A stretch of 64,000 nucleotides of DNA from Bryobacterales bacterium (GTDB lineage Bacteria > Acidobacteriota > Terriglobia > Bryobacterales > Bryobacteraceae), in the NCBI GenBank assembly GCA_963744175.1, contig CAVUSQ010000002.1:62178-126177 (forward strand), written 5' to 3'. The notes below the pieces were generated by a model, which saw only the letters and a list, made by a program, of their open reading frames with translations, was not told the origin of the DNA and made no database searches. The position numbers were made by a program, and so were the translations under genes. Below are positions 37,981 through 48,840 of this stretch, one piece after another. Position 1 is the stretch's first letter, and every line of letters begins with the position of its first letter.

Positions 37981-40900
37981 TTAAAATGTAAACCGAAGGC
38001 TGCCCTGATACAAACGGTTGTTGTTCACCTGTACGGACTGGGTGCCGTGGGCCGTTGTGATCTCGCCGAAGGCGGCATCGCCCAGGGTGGTGTCGGGCAG
38101 GTCGAATTGCGGAGTGTTGCTGAGGTTATACACCTCGGCGCGGAACTCCAGCTTGAACCGTTCGGTAAGGTTGAAGCGGCGGAAAATCGAGGCATTGATC
38201 GCCATCAGGTTCGGGCCATGCAGGATGTTCCGGCCGACATTGCCGATGGTTCCGGCAGCAGGGTTCGCGAAAGAGGAGGGCGAAAACCAGTACGAATTCG
38301 GTCCTCCGCAAGACGTCCCGCACTCGTGGCCTTCTATCACTACGGGGGCGACCTGCTCGGGCCACTGGCTGTTGCCGGTAGCGTTCAGGCTGGTGCTGGA
38401 CGCGCTGAACAGCAGCGGCAAACCGCTTTCCCAGGTCCACAGGCCGTTGAGCTGCCAATCGCCCAGGACCGCTTTCCCGACGCCGCTGGTGAGCCACTTC
38501 CTGCCCGCCCCAAAGGGCAGCTCCCACAAAGCGCTGTAAGTAAGAGTGTTTGCCCGATCGTACTTGGTCAATCCCTTGTAGTTAACATAAACCAGCTCGT
38601 TATACTCCGAGTAGTCGATAGACTTGCCAAAAGTATAAGACGTGTTCATCTGGAGTCCGTTCGAGAATTGGCGATTCAGCTTCACTTGCAGCGCTTCATA
38701 ATGGGAACCTTCAAACACCAGATGACTGGTGGTAGCGTTGCGCCCGTACAGAATATTCAACGGTTCGCTGGCGGTACCAGTGCCCGCCACGGTGGCGGCG
38801 TTGATGTTGACCGACCCGGTGTTGACATTGGTGTTCTCAAGGCCAAGGGCGTGGTTGCCTACGTATGCCGCTTCCAACGAAAATCTGGAAGGCAATGCCC
38901 GCTGGATCGCGAAATTCCAACTCTCAATAGTCGGGACCGGGTAATTGGATGGAGTGACGGTGTAAGCCTGATTGGGCGCATTGGGGATGATTCCATTGGC
39001 AGGAATAATCACGGGCTGAGGCGTTGGAAAACCAGTAGCCATGGATCCGGCCGCGAGGTAAGTGTTCGCCGCCACAAGCTGCTGATTCTGTTTGACCGGG
39101 TACTGCCAATTTTCGGTGTAGCGATAGAAACTGCTCATGCCATAACCAGTGCGGATTACAGTCTTATCGTTAAGCCGGTAAGCGAGACCGATTCTCGGGT
39201 AAATGTTCTTCGGGTAATTCTTGACCCCCAGTGTCAACGGGGTATTGCCCAAACCGCCAAGCAGCAAACTATTCGTCGTCGGATCGTAGTTAACAGATCC
39301 GGCTGGGAACTGCGAAGTGGAGGCCGGCCAATACTCCCAGCGGGCGCCCAAGTCCAGCGTCAATTTTTTGGACAGCTGCCACTTGTCCTGGAAGTACAGC
39401 GCGTAAACTTTGTTGCGGCGGGTGGGTTCGATTTCCGCCAAGTCGCGGCCGATGCCCGTGGGCTGGTCCAGCACAAAAGCGGCAAGCGAGTTGAATTGAC
39501 CGTTCGCGATGCCCGAGGCATTCAGCGTAGTGGGTCCGGCAGCGTATGTAAACCGGCCGCGAGGGCTATAAGTGGCGGTCTGCAACAGGAAATACTGCTC
39601 GTAACGGCCGTCAAACCCCCACTTGATCACATGGTTACCTTTCACCTTATTCCAGTTGTTCGCGATCTCGAAGTTGGTAGTGGAACGCCTCCAGGGCAAA
39701 CAGCCATTGACGCCGATCATGGGAGTGTCATATCCGCCCACGAAGATCTCGGCTAAACCGCTGGTCCATGCATCGCCGAGATTGCCGTTGGGGATGCCGA
39801 GCTTTTGGGTGAGATTCTGGCCCGTGTCCACATTGGTCGCATCGTTGCGATTGCGTACTACACCAAGACGCACTTCGGTGATCAGAGTAGGGTTGAAGAT
39901 ATGGCTATAGTTCACACCAGGGCTTTGATTGAGCGAAACCCCGTTCGCATCGAATCCGGAGTTAGACGGACCGCCATACTCCCCGTGAGCAGGTCCATAT
40001 AATCCGGGATTGAGCAAGGTGTTGTGGTTCAGGCTATACCGGACGAAAACTTTGTTCTTGGTATCAATCACGTAATCAATCTTGACGTCGAAGCCATCGA
40101 TATTCTTGGTCTGATCCGTGGTCACCGCTATGTTGTTCGTCAGGGTCGGAAGCGTGGGCTGCGGCAAAAAGGCCATGTACTCGTTGAAGATCGGGCTGAT
40201 GCGACTGGTGGGAATAATTTGACCGGGGAATGGGGTCCGGCCTGTTCCGTTCGCCGTATTTCCGGTTAGCGGGTCATAGATGATGGTGGGGGAAGCGGTG
40301 AAATTTCCCAGGCGCATAGCCGTTGTCGGGATGGTGGGTGTCGCCAGTTGGCCGACGAGGTCGCGGCTGCCCTGATAGTCGGAGAAGAAGAAGATCTTAT
40401 CTTTCTTGATGGGTCCCCCGACCGAGCCGCCGAACTGATTGTGTACGGCGTGGGGAACGCTGAGGGCAAAAACGTTGCGGGACTGCAAGTCGCTGTCATT
40501 GTGGTATTCGAACAAACTTCCATGGAAAGAATTCGTGCCCGATTTCATGATCACGTTGACTGCCGCGGCGCCTGCCCGACCGATTTCGGGATCCCAGACG
40601 GTGGTACTGACGTCGACGCCCGCTATGGCGTCGGCCGGCAGCACGATGGCCGTCAGATTGTTGTCCTGCTCAATGTTATTGTCGATCCCCTCGATCATGA
40701 AGTTGTTCAAGCGGTCCAGCCCGTTGACCGGAACCTGGAGGGATTCCTGCGAGTTGAAGAACGGCGAGTTGGAGCGATAGCCTTGTGTGGCCCCTGGAAG
40801 CGTCACGATCGTATTTTGATAGTTGCGCTGGTTGAGCATGGGCAGGGCGTTCAATTGCTGGCTCTCTACCGTGCCACCAGAATCGGCGCGGTCGGTTTGC

Positions 40901-41292
40901 AGGACGGGTACTTCTGAAGTGACGTCGACGACCTGCGACACCTCGCCAGGTGTGAGCTCCAAATCGATGCGAACGGTGGTGTTGGCGTCGAGCGCAATGC
41001 TGGAGCGTATAACCTTTTGAAACCCGGGTTGCGCGATTTCTATCCGATAGGTGCCAGGATCAAGGTTGGCGAACGCATAAAACCCACTGTCATTGGTGGT
41101 TTCGGTACGCCGGTAATTCGTGTTGGTTTCGATAATATTGACGGGCACTCCGGGAATGATGGCATGCGAGGTATCGCCGACCGTCCCCAGGATTGTACCC
41201 TTCAATTGCTGTCCGTAAGACGGAAGTGATGCCGGTAGCAACATAGCCACGACGCAGGACACAATCGTAGCGGAGAACTTGCTGGAACACAT
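37981..41292 (-). CDS. TonB-dependent-receptor-like outer-membrane protein with N-terminal carboxypeptidase-regulatory-like domain
   Basis: 1103 aa with a signal peptide. GTILGTVGDTSHAIIPGVPVNIIETNTNYRRTETTNDSGFYAFANLDPGTYRI. ALPMLNQRNYQN plug region. Terminal ...GSLRFTF. Confidence 0.9.
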   Translation of the reverse strand: MCSSKFSATIVSCVVAMLLPASLPSYGQQLKGTILGTVGDTSHAIIPGVPVNIIETNTNYRRTETTNDSGFYAFANLDPGTYRIEIAQPGFQKVIRSSIALDANTTVRIDLELTPGEVSQVVDVTSEVPVLQTDRADSGGTVESQQLNALPMLNQRNYQNTIVTLPGATQGYRSNSPFFNSQESLQVPVNGLDRLNNFMIEGIDNNIEQDNNLTAIVLPADAIAGVDVSTTVWDPEIGRAGAAAVNVIMKSGTNSFHGSLFEYHNDSDLQSRNVFALSVPHAVHNQFGGSVGGPIKKDKIFFFSDYQGSRDLVGQLATPTIPTTAMRLGNFTASPTIIYDPLTGNTANGTGRTPFPGQIIPTSRISPIFNEYMAFLPQPTLPTLTNNIAVTTDQTKNIDGFDVKIDYVIDTKNKVFVRYSLNHNTLLNPGLYGPAHGEYGGPSNSGFDANGVSLNQSPGVNYSHIFNPTLITEVRLGVVRNRNDATNVDTGQNLTQKLGIPNGNLGDAWTSGLAEIFVGGYDTPMIGVNGCLPWRRSTTNFEIANNWNKVKGNHVIKWGFDGRYEQYFLLQTATYSPRGRFTYAAGPTTLNASGIANGQFNSLAAFVLDQPTGIGRDLAEIEPTRRNKVYALYFQDKWQLSKKLTLDLGARWEYWPASTSQFPAGSVNYDPTTNSLLLGGLGNTPLTLGVKNYPKNIYPRIGLAYRLNDKTVIRTGYGMSSFYRYTENWQYPVKQNQQLVAANTYLAAGSMATGFPTPQPVIIPANGIIPNAPNQAYTVTPSNYPVPTIESWNFAIQRALPSRFSLEAAYVGNHALGLENTNVNTGSVNINAATVAGTGTASEPLNILYGRNATTSHLVFEGSHYEALQVKLNRQFSNGLQMNTSYTFGKSIDYSEYNELVYVNYKGLTKYDRANTLTYSALWELPFGAGRKWLTSGVGKAVLGDWQLNGLWTWESGLPLLFSASSTSLNATGNSQWPEQVAPVVIEGHECGTSCGGPNSYWFSPSSFANPAAGTIGNVGRNILHGPNLMAINASIFRRFNLTERFKLEFRAEVYNLSNTPQFDLPDTTLGDAAFGEITTAHGTQSVQVNNNRLYQGSLRFTF

Positions 41293-41398
41293 ATTTGCCC
41301 CCCCTACTGGGTTAATACTAAAGCACTATATGGTTCATATTCACAAGTCTCAAGGAGTATGTTGCGAACTGTTACCGTAATGTAACGTAGCGCTTGCT

Positions 41399-43105
41399 TC
41401 ACTTAGCTCGACCCGAACCTTCCCGTAGAACGACCTCGGAGTCGGTGGCGACATTCAACCACTCTTCCTTAAGACCGCTGGGCCACTCCGCTAAGACGTT
41501 TGCCTGGCGGGATTCGCCCAGTCCGAAATGGACGCGAACGTCGCTTGCGCTGAGGTAGCTGCCATCGGTGTGGACCCTACGTACAAGCGGGTCCTTGCCG
41601 GCACGACTAACGGTGAGGCGGGTTCCTATGCCGTCGCGATTGGATTTTACACCCTGCAAACGAACTTCGAGCCAGTGGCCTCTCGGGGCGGTTTCGTTGA
41701 GAAGAAGGCGTACCGGGCCATTGTTATTGGCGACCACAATGTCGATGGTGCCATTGTTATCGATATCCCCGAACGCGGCGCCTCGGCCGACTTCAGAGAG
41801 AGCGAATGGGCGACCGGCTTCGGCGCTGGTATCGCGGAAGCGTGACCCTTCCTTGTGTAGCAGTAGATTACGCTGATGGAACGGGTAAGGCTCCCCGCGC
41901 AAGGCCTCCAGTTTCGTCACCGCGCCGTTGGCGATGAACAGGTCCAGCCGCCCTCCGTTGTCGTAATCGAACCAGGATGTGCCGAATCCGGTGAACGGAA
42001 GAGTCGGCAAATAAAGGCCGAACTGAATGGTGGCATCAGTGAAATCGGCGTGTCCGGCATTTCGATAGAAGGTGGCTCCTTCGCGGGCGAGGTTCGTGAC
42101 GAAAATACTTTCATTTCCGCTGCTGTCGGAATCACCAACGGCGACGCCCATGCCGGCCCGCGCAACGCCGTCGGCCGAATATGCCGCCCCGGACAGCAGA
42201 GCGGCTTCTCGAAATGTCCCGTTTCCGTTGTTTAGCCAGAGCAGATTAGCTTCCGCATCGTTGGCGACATAGATGTCGGGCCAGCCATCCCCATTAAAAT
42301 CGCCCGTCGCCACGCCGAGTCCGGGGCCGATCGCCGCACCGATTCCGGCCGTCTGGGTGACGTCTTGGAACTTCCCGTTGCCTAAATTCCTGAAAAGCCG
42401 GTCTGGGACGGCCTTATACGCTCTAGGAGAGCAGTAATCGCGCTCGCCTGTCGGAGTCGAACAACTCTTGTTGCCTCGAACCGTGAAATCGAGGTAATGG
42501 GCGACGTAAAGGTCCAGGTGGCCGTCCTTATCGTAGTCGACGAAGGACGCGCTGGTGCTCCAGCCGCCGTCGGCGACGCCGGCTTCCTTGGTGACATCGG
42601 TAAACGTGCCGTTGCCATTATTGCGGTACAGGATGTTCGACCCGAAATTGGTGACGTACAGATCCGGGTAGCCGTCGTTGTTATAATCGCCGACGGCTAC
42701 GCCCATACCATAACCAGAGGAGGTGAGTCCGGCCTGCTCGGTCACGTCCACAAACTGTAACTTGCCGGTTTCCTTCAACATGTTACGGAACAGACGATTG
42801 CCTGGCTTAAAGCTCGGGGATGGAGGGAACAGAGCGCCGGCAGGCGTTTTTCCAGGCTCCAGAATTGTACCCTGGACTAAAAAGATGTCCAGATCGCCAT
42901 CGCCATCGTAATCCAGCAGGGCTACACCGGAACCCATGATCTCCGGCAAATAATATTCGCCCGTCGCGCCTGTAAAATGATGAAACCGCAAGCCGGTCTC
43001 GGCGGCAACGTCGCGAAATGCAGGCTTTGGGGATTCGTGGGTACGCGCGCAACTCATCAATGCAAATGGGTAGCACAAGAAAGCGATCCGTCCAAAAGAT
43101 GTCAC
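41399..43105 (-). CDS. CRTAC1-family protein (FG-GAP/VCBS repeats + ASPIC/UnbV domain)
   Basis: 568 aa. Repeated [27 protein letters not shown] calcium-binding-like loops. C-terminal ...[10 protein letters not shown]...GSYLSASD (UnbV_ASPIC-like). The GTG start overlaps the upstream stop (GTGA). Confidence 0.9.
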   Translation of the reverse strand: MTSFGRIAFLCYPFALMSCARTHESPKPAFRDVAAETGLRFHHFTGATGEYYLPEIMGSGVALLDYDGDGDLDIFLVQGTILEPGKTPAGALFPPSPSFKPGNRLFRNMLKETGKLQFVDVTEQAGLTSSGYGMGVAVGDYNNDGYPDLYVTNFGSNILYRNNGNGTFTDVTKEAGVADGGWSTSASFVDYDKDGHLDLYVAHYLDFTVRGNKSCSTPTGERDYCSPRAYKAVPDRLFRNLGNGKFQDVTQTAGIGAAIGPGLGVATGDFNGDGWPDIYVANDAEANLLWLNNGNGTFREAALLSGAAYSADGVARAGMGVAVGDSDSSGNESIFVTNLAREGATFYRNAGHADFTDATIQFGLYLPTLPFTGFGTSWFDYDNGGRLDLFIANGAVTKLEALRGEPYPFHQRNLLLHKEGSRFRDTSAEAGRPFALSEVGRGAAFGDIDNNGTIDIVVANNNGPVRLLLNETAPRGHWLEVRLQGVKSNRDGIGTRLTVSRAGKDPLVRRVHTDGSYLSASDVRVHFGLGESRQANVLAEWPSGLKEEWLNVATDSEVVLREGSGRAK

Positions 43106-44526
43106 TTGGGGGACTGTTGATCTACTTTCTTAAGAATCATGCCGATCTGAGCAGTTAACTGGTCCTGGCCGAGTGCCGCCGCGCGTTGGCCGGCCTGTTG
43201 CAGATAGCGTTCGGCATTGCCGAAGTCGTTGGCTTCGGCGTAGGCGATGCCCAGAGTGTACATGAAGCGGGGCGTATCCGCATCCTCCGGGGTAAGTGTC
43301 TGAGACAATTGGGCGATCGCGTCTGAAGTCCTTTTCTGCATCAGTAGCAAGTGGCCAAGCTGATAATGGGCTTGCCGGAATTTGGGTTTGTTCTCGATAG
43401 CGGTTTGATACTCGCGACTCGCCTCATCGAATTTGCCTCGACGCTCTAGCATCGCGCCTAGATTGCTGTGCGCTTCAGCATAGTTGGGACTGCTCTCTAG
43501 GGCCTTGCGAAAGGCGGCCTCGGCTTGGGGAAAATGGCCCTGGCTGATCATGAAAACGCCATAATCGTAATGACTTTGCGGCAGATTGGGGTTGATCTTC
43601 ACGGTCGCGCGATACGCCTCCTCGGCTTTCTCGGGCTGGCCTGCGCGGGCATATAACGAGATCAGATTCGCGTGCGCTTGTGCCAGCATGGGGTCCTGGC
43701 GCACCGCTTCCTCGTGCTCGGCGATCGCCGGTTCCATTTGCCCTGCATTTTCGAGATCGACCCCTTTCATCAGGTGCGCCAATGCTGAATTATCGAGCGC
43801 GCGAACCGCATCCAGCATGGGATCTTCGGGTTGCGGATCGTTATCGGCCTTGTATTTTTGATATGCCTCCATGTGCCGACGCGCCTCGGCCGCTTGGCCG
43901 GACTTCTGATAAGCCAGCGCCAGAGCATAGTGCGCGGTTCCATAGGACGGCCAAAGCTCGCACGACTTGCGATACGCCTCCTCCGCTTGAGAAAGCTGCC
44001 CATTGGCGGCTGCGATTCGGCCCAGCCAGTAATAGGCGGGCGCGACCTGCGGATTGTCCTTTAGAATCGATTCGCAGATCCGGCGGCTTTCCTCCAGCCG
44101 CCCCAGGCCCAGCAGCACTTCCGCGAGTTTGATTCGGGCGGGCACGTATTCCGGGTCGATCCGGATTGCATCTTTCAGATTCGCGGCCGCTTCTTCATTC
44201 TTCCCGTTCAGTGCCTGAACCAAGCCGAGATAGTAAGCCCACTGGAAATGTTCGGGATCGAATCGCCGTGCGCGACGGTAGCAAACTTCCGCGGATTCCA
44301 ACTGCTCAAAGGAATGCAGGACCATTCCCAGGTTACCGTTGGTTTTTGAGTCTAAAGGCTTCGCTTGCAGTGCGTGGTATGGGGCCTCTACCTGCGAGCG
44401 AAGCTGGGGACGATAAGTCTCAAGATTGAGGCTGGGGACTGCGGGCAAAGAGTCCGCGTCAGGGCTGCGGTGGGTAGAACAGGCGGCAAGCAGGAGCAGC
44501 ATCGCAGTGACGTGCCCGCGAATCAT
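43102..44526 (-). CDS. TPR-repeat lipoprotein
   Basis: Start placed at ATG 44526 ([17 protein letters not shown], lipobox LAAC). About 10 TPR-like repeats (AxxxYxxAlxxxP pattern). Confidence 0.85.
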   Translation of the reverse strand: MIRGHVTAMLLLLAACSTHRSPDADSLPAVPSLNLETYRPQLRSQVEAPYHALQAKPLDSKTNGNLGMVLHSFEQLESAEVCYRRARRFDPEHFQWAYYLGLVQALNGKNEEAAANLKDAIRIDPEYVPARIKLAEVLLGLGRLEESRRICESILKDNPQVAPAYYWLGRIAAANGQLSQAEEAYRKSCELWPSYGTAHYALALAYQKSGQAAEARRHMEAYQKYKADNDPQPEDPMLDAVRALDNSALAHLMKGVDLENAGQMEPAIAEHEEAVRQDPMLAQAHANLISLYARAGQPEKAEEAYRATVKINPNLPQSHYDYGVFMISQGHFPQAEAAFRKALESSPNYAEAHSNLGAMLERRGKFDEASREYQTAIENKPKFRQAHYQLGHLLLMQKRTSDAIAQLSQTLTPEDADTPRFMYTLGIAYAEANDFGNAERYLQQAGQRAAALGQDQLTAQIGMILKKVDQQSPK

Positions 44527-44787
44527 GTCGAGATTATACTCCGAATCTGGATTATGTGCTGGTGAAGAGAAAACACGGTCCTTGCTGATCAAGGAGATGC
44601 AAGCGTCTCAATTCGCGTTTTGGCGTAGAGTGTTATTTTTGTAAGGCTATTAACTTGTTTATAATTAGTCTATTGCGACTACGTAACAGACCGCAACATG
44701 CCCCTTGAGACTTGTCGGCCGACTCACAAAGTAGTCCAATGGCACTATCGATTAGTGGCGAACCATTAACGAAGGGAGCTCATGTAA

Positions 44788-47364
44788 ATGTACTGGCGAG
44801 CAGAAAAGTCGGTTTCCTCGTTTTGGCGAATTGGCGCGATAGGGTTGACCGTCCTTGCCAGCCCAGGGTTCGGCCAAAGGGCACCTCTTTTCAAGAGCGA
44901 GATCCAGCCGGTACTCGAGAAGAATTGCGTCGCATGTCACGGCTCCCAACAAAAAATGGCCGGCCTCGATTTGAGCAGCTTCGCCGGAATGATGCAAGGC
45001 AGCACCAGCGGACCGGTGATTGCGCCTGGAAAACCCGAACGCAGCCTATTGTGGAAAATGATCGAAAACGATCAGATGCCGCAGGGCGGTAAACTCAGCG
45101 CCGCCGACAAGCAGTTGATCCAAGCCTACATCGCCCAAGGGCGTTTCCCTCTTCAGCCGACAGAATCCGCAGAGGAGATCCAGAAGCGAGAAGCCGCCAG
45201 GATCACTGCGGAAGATCGTAACTGGTGGTCCTTCAAGAAACCTGTAAAAGCGGTTCCGCCTGTCGTCGCTAATAAGGATCAAGCGCGTACGGCAATCGAT
45301 AATTTCGTCCTTGCCCGGTTGGAGAAGAAGGGCTGGAAGATGGAACCGGAAGCGGACCGGGTTACCCTGATCCGCCGCGCTTATTTCGACCTTACCGGTC
45401 TTACCCCCACGGTTGCCGAGGTCAAAGCTTTTGTTGAAGATAAATCCGACAACGCCTGGGAGAAGGTGGTCGATTATTTGCTCGCATCCCCACATTACGG
45501 AGAACAATGGGGCCGGCATTGGCTGGATGTGGCTGGTTATTCCGATTCGCGTGGCGACGCGGGCGATAGCGATCGGGAAGCGGTGTGGAAGTATCGAGAT
45601 TACGTAATCCATGCGTTCAATAACAACAAGCCTGTTAACCGGTTTTTGTTAGAGCAGATGGCTGGCGATCAACTGGTCAATTACAAGCCGGGAACGGTTC
45701 CCACGCCCGATCAGGTGGAACCTTTGATCGCGACCGGTTTCCTCCGCACCACGGCGGACATCACCGATAATCAAACGATTTACGAAGTCGATAAGTACTT
45801 CGATGCGCAGCAGAAGGCGATGGAGACCAGCCTCACGGCTGTGATGGGCGTCACCATTCAATGCGCGCGCTGCCACGATCACAAGTTCGACCCGTTTCTG
45901 CAAAAAGACTATTACAAGCTGATGTCGATCTACCAAGCCGTCTGGGATCCGGAAAACTGGCTGGCGGGCGACCTGAATTTCGGGCCATGGCCCAGCCGGA
46001 TGGTCCTGAACATGGACGAATCCTCCCGCGCGGCGTGGATCAAGGACGTGACCAGCAACGATTCCAAGGCGTTGAGGCATCTGGACGATCTTCTGGAAGC
46101 CACGTATCAGAGGTATCGCGCCGAATTGAAGACCGGCCGGGACATTTCCGACGAAGCGAAGCGCATGCAGATCCGCAAGGATATCGAAGCCGATCCGGAT
46201 CTGGAAGTGGACCGCAACGTTCTGAAGGATTTCATTACCGACCAGGAACTCGAGAAGCGATATCCGGAGCTGGCGCAGTGGAAAGACGATATCCAGGTGA
46301 AGAGGGCCAATCGCAAGAGCCCTTCGAAGATTCCGCCAAACTATATCGAAGCGGCGTGGGATGTTTCTAAGACCCCTTCGGCAACGTATGTGTTAGCGCG
46401 CGGGAATTATCTGGCGCCGGGCGCGGAAGTGCAGCCGGGCATTCCCCTGGTGCTGGATAGTCCGGAGCACGCGCTGCAGTTTCCGGATCCGAAGAAACAT
46501 CCGGAATGGAACGGCACGAACCGGCGTTTGATTCTGGCCAACTGGATGACCTCGTCCGACAATCCGCTGGTTCCGCGAGTGTTCGTGAACCGCGTCTGGC
46601 AGTGGCATTTTGGAGAAGGGATCGTCCGCTCGGTAGACGATTTCGGCAGCCAGGGGTCCAGGCCCACCAATCCCGAACTGCTGGACTATCTTGCGGTATC
46701 GTTTCAGGAGCACCATTGGGATCTGAAATGGCTGAACAAGGAAATCATGATGTCGCAGGTGTACCGGCAGGCTTCGGCGGAAGTTCCGCAGTACCTTGCC
46801 GCGGATCCTTCCGATAAACTGTTGTGGCGGAAGGCTCCTTTGCGCCTGGAAGCGGAGACCATACGGGATTCGATGTTGGAAGTGAGCGGTCTGCTCAGCA
46901 CTGAGATGTTCGGAAAGCAGGAGCCGATCAAGCGCGGCCCGGACGGGCAGTGGATGGAAGACGACAAGAAGGGCGCGGGCCAGACTCGCCGTAGTATTTA
47001 CCTGGCGCAGACACGTACCAGGTGGGTGAACTTCCTGCACGTGATGGATTGTCCGGACATGACTTCGGATCATCAGGACGAGCGGTTCCGGTCATCTCTA
47101 CCGACGCAGTCGCTGGCTCTCATGAACAGTCAACTGGTGATGCGGGCAAGCAAAGCCTTTACGGATAAAGTCCTGGAACAGACTGATAATCACCCCGAGG
47201 CGGCGGTGATGCTGGCGTTCGAGGAGATGTATAACCGGCCGCCGACGGCGCGGGAAGCGGAGCTTGCGAAAAAATCGATGACGGCGGAGAGCGATCCTAA
47301 AGAGGGCCTCCGGCTGTTCATCCAGGCCATGTTCGGAGCGAATAACTTTTTGTACAGTTTCTGA
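44788..47364 (+). CDS. PSD1-type protein: Planctomycete cytochrome c (PSCyt) + DUF1549 + DUF1553
   Basis: 858 aa. CVACHG haem-binding-like motif near the N-terminus. DUF1549-like RRAYFDLTGLTPTVAEVKAFVED...HYGEQWGRHWLDVAGYSDS. DUF1553-like NPLVPRVFVNRVWQWHFGEGIV. Confidence 0.9.
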   Translation: MYWRAEKSVSSFWRIGAIGLTVLASPGFGQRAPLFKSEIQPVLEKNCVACHGSQQKMAGLDLSSFAGMMQGSTSGPVIAPGKPERSLLWKMIENDQMPQGGKLSAADKQLIQAYIAQGRFPLQPTESAEEIQKREAARITAEDRNWWSFKKPVKAVPPVVANKDQARTAIDNFVLARLEKKGWKMEPEADRVTLIRRAYFDLTGLTPTVAEVKAFVEDKSDNAWEKVVDYLLASPHYGEQWGRHWLDVAGYSDSRGDAGDSDREAVWKYRDYVIHAFNNNKPVNRFLLEQMAGDQLVNYKPGTVPTPDQVEPLIATGFLRTTADITDNQTIYEVDKYFDAQQKAMETSLTAVMGVTIQCARCHDHKFDPFLQKDYYKLMSIYQAVWDPENWLAGDLNFGPWPSRMVLNMDESSRAAWIKDVTSNDSKALRHLDDLLEATYQRYRAELKTGRDISDEAKRMQIRKDIEADPDLEVDRNVLKDFITDQELEKRYPELAQWKDDIQVKRANRKSPSKIPPNYIEAAWDVSKTPSATYVLARGNYLAPGAEVQPGIPLVLDSPEHALQFPDPKKHPEWNGTNRRLILANWMTSSDNPLVPRVFVNRVWQWHFGEGIVRSVDDFGSQGSRPTNPELLDYLAVSFQEHHWDLKWLNKEIMMSQVYRQASAEVPQYLAADPSDKLLWRKAPLRLEAETIRDSMLEVSGLLSTEMFGKQEPIKRGPDGQWMEDDKKGAGQTRRSIYLAQTRTRWVNFLHVMDCPDMTSDHQDERFRSSLPTQSLALMNSQLVMRASKAFTDKVLEQTDNHPEAAVMLAFEEMYNRPPTAREAELAKKSMTAESDPKEGLRLFIQAMFGANNFLYSF

Positions 47365-47390
47365 CCCGGTTCGAAAATATAGGAGTCACG

Positions 47391-48818
47391 ATGGGATTTA
47401 TATCACGTAGACGGGCGCTGCAAAATGCGGCGGTGGGGTTCGGTGCGATGGCGGCGAACTCGATTTTCCAGTGGGACAAACTCTTTGCCGCGGAGTCGGC
47501 AGCGGCGAAAGACCGCGTCTACGACCTGAAGCCGAAGGCGCCGCATTTCCCGGCCAAGGCGAAGCGAGTCATCTTCATTTATATCGGCGGTGGACCGAGC
47601 ACGATCGATATGTACGATCCCAAGCCGACGCTCGTTAAATATGACGGGCAGCCCGCGCCGTTTGAGATCAAAGGCCGCGCGCTGAACGGTTCACAGCAGG
47701 TGATGGCGAGTCCCTGGAAATTCAAAGACTGCGGCCAAAGCGGGCGCCAGATCTCGGATCTGTTGCCGCACTTCCAGAAGGTAGTCGATAAGGTGACCTT
47801 CGTGCGGTCGATGACCACGGACCGCATCGACCACTCGACGGCCCAGTTCACATTCGTCACCGGACGCGGGTTCACTGGATTTCCGGCGATCGGCTCCTGG
47901 GTGAGCTATGCGCTCGGCACCCAGAATCAGAATCTGCCCGCTTACATCGCCCTCGGAGAAGGCGCGACGATCGGCGATCGCGCGCACTCCTCGGCGTGGC
48001 TCCCTCCCATCTTTAATGGCACCGGGATGCGCGCGAATCCGGCGGCGCCGATCTACGATATCAAGCGTCCGGACAGCATGAGCGTCGATCAGCAAAAGCG
48101 GCTGCTTAGCATGGTGGAGGACCTGGATCGCGAACAGAAGGCCCAATTCTATCCCCTGGATCAGGACCTGGAATCGCGCATCGCAAATTATGAACTAGCG
48201 GCCCGCATGCAGATGGAAGCCCTGAAAGTGGCGAATTTCGACGAAGAGAGCGAAGCCACCAAGAAACTTTACGGCATCGACGAGAAGGTAGCCGGACCGT
48301 TCAGCAAATTGTGCCTGATGGCGCGCCGCCTGGCTGAGAAAGACGTGCGCTTCATTCAGATTTATGGCGGAGGCGGCGGGAACTGGGATACTCACAACAA
48401 TATTGAAGGTCAGCTTCCCGGTCTGTGCCAGTATATCGATCAGGGCATGTCGGCGCTGCTCATCGATCTGGCCCAGCGCGGCATGCTGGAAGACACGCTG
48501 GTGGTCTGGTCGGGTGAATTCGGCCGTCTGCCCACCATCGAGGCGAAGAATTCTAAACCCGGCCGCGATCACAATCCTTATGGGTTCAGCATGTGGATGG
48601 CGGGCGCCGGAGTTAAGCCTGGATTCGATTACGGCCAGACAGACGACCTGGGATATGCGGCCGTAAAAGATTTCAAGTGCACACACAGCGACATCCATGC
48701 CACGGTGCAGCATTTGCTGGGACTCGATTTCAAGAAAAACACGTTTCCGTACGAGGGACGGGACGAGTCACTGGTAGGAGTGCTTCCTGCGCGCGTGATC
48801 ACGGAAATTTTGGCCTAA
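47391..48818 (+). CDS. DUF1501 (sulfatase-fold) protein, Tat signal
   Basis: 475 aa. SRRRALQNAAVGFGAMAA twin-arginine signal. KAKRVIFIYIGGGPSTIDMYDPKP is typical of DUF1501. It is the usual partner of the preceding PSD1 gene. Confidence 0.9.
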   Translation: MGFISRRRALQNAAVGFGAMAANSIFQWDKLFAAESAAAKDRVYDLKPKAPHFPAKAKRVIFIYIGGGPSTIDMYDPKPTLVKYDGQPAPFEIKGRALNGSQQVMASPWKFKDCGQSGRQISDLLPHFQKVVDKVTFVRSMTTDRIDHSTAQFTFVTGRGFTGFPAIGSWVSYALGTQNQNLPAYIALGEGATIGDRAHSSAWLPPIFNGTGMRANPAAPIYDIKRPDSMSVDQQKRLLSMVEDLDREQKAQFYPLDQDLESRIANYELAARMQMEALKVANFDEESEATKKLYGIDEKVAGPFSKLCLMARRLAEKDVRFIQIYGGGGGNWDTHNNIEGQLPGLCQYIDQGMSALLIDLAQRGMLEDTLVVWSGEFGRLPTIEAKNSKPGRDHNPYGFSMWMAGAGVKPGFDYGQTDDLGYAAVKDFKCTHSDIHATVQHLLGLDFKKNTFPYEGRDESLVGVLPARVITEILA

Positions 48819-48840
48819 CCTAAAGGAAACGGGCGGAACT

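Noticed and set aside
38047-39756. 569-aa plus-strand ORF
   Set aside because: It is antisense to the intact 1103-aa TonB-receptor-like gene and has no recognisable motifs. It is an open frame produced by GC-rich codon bias.
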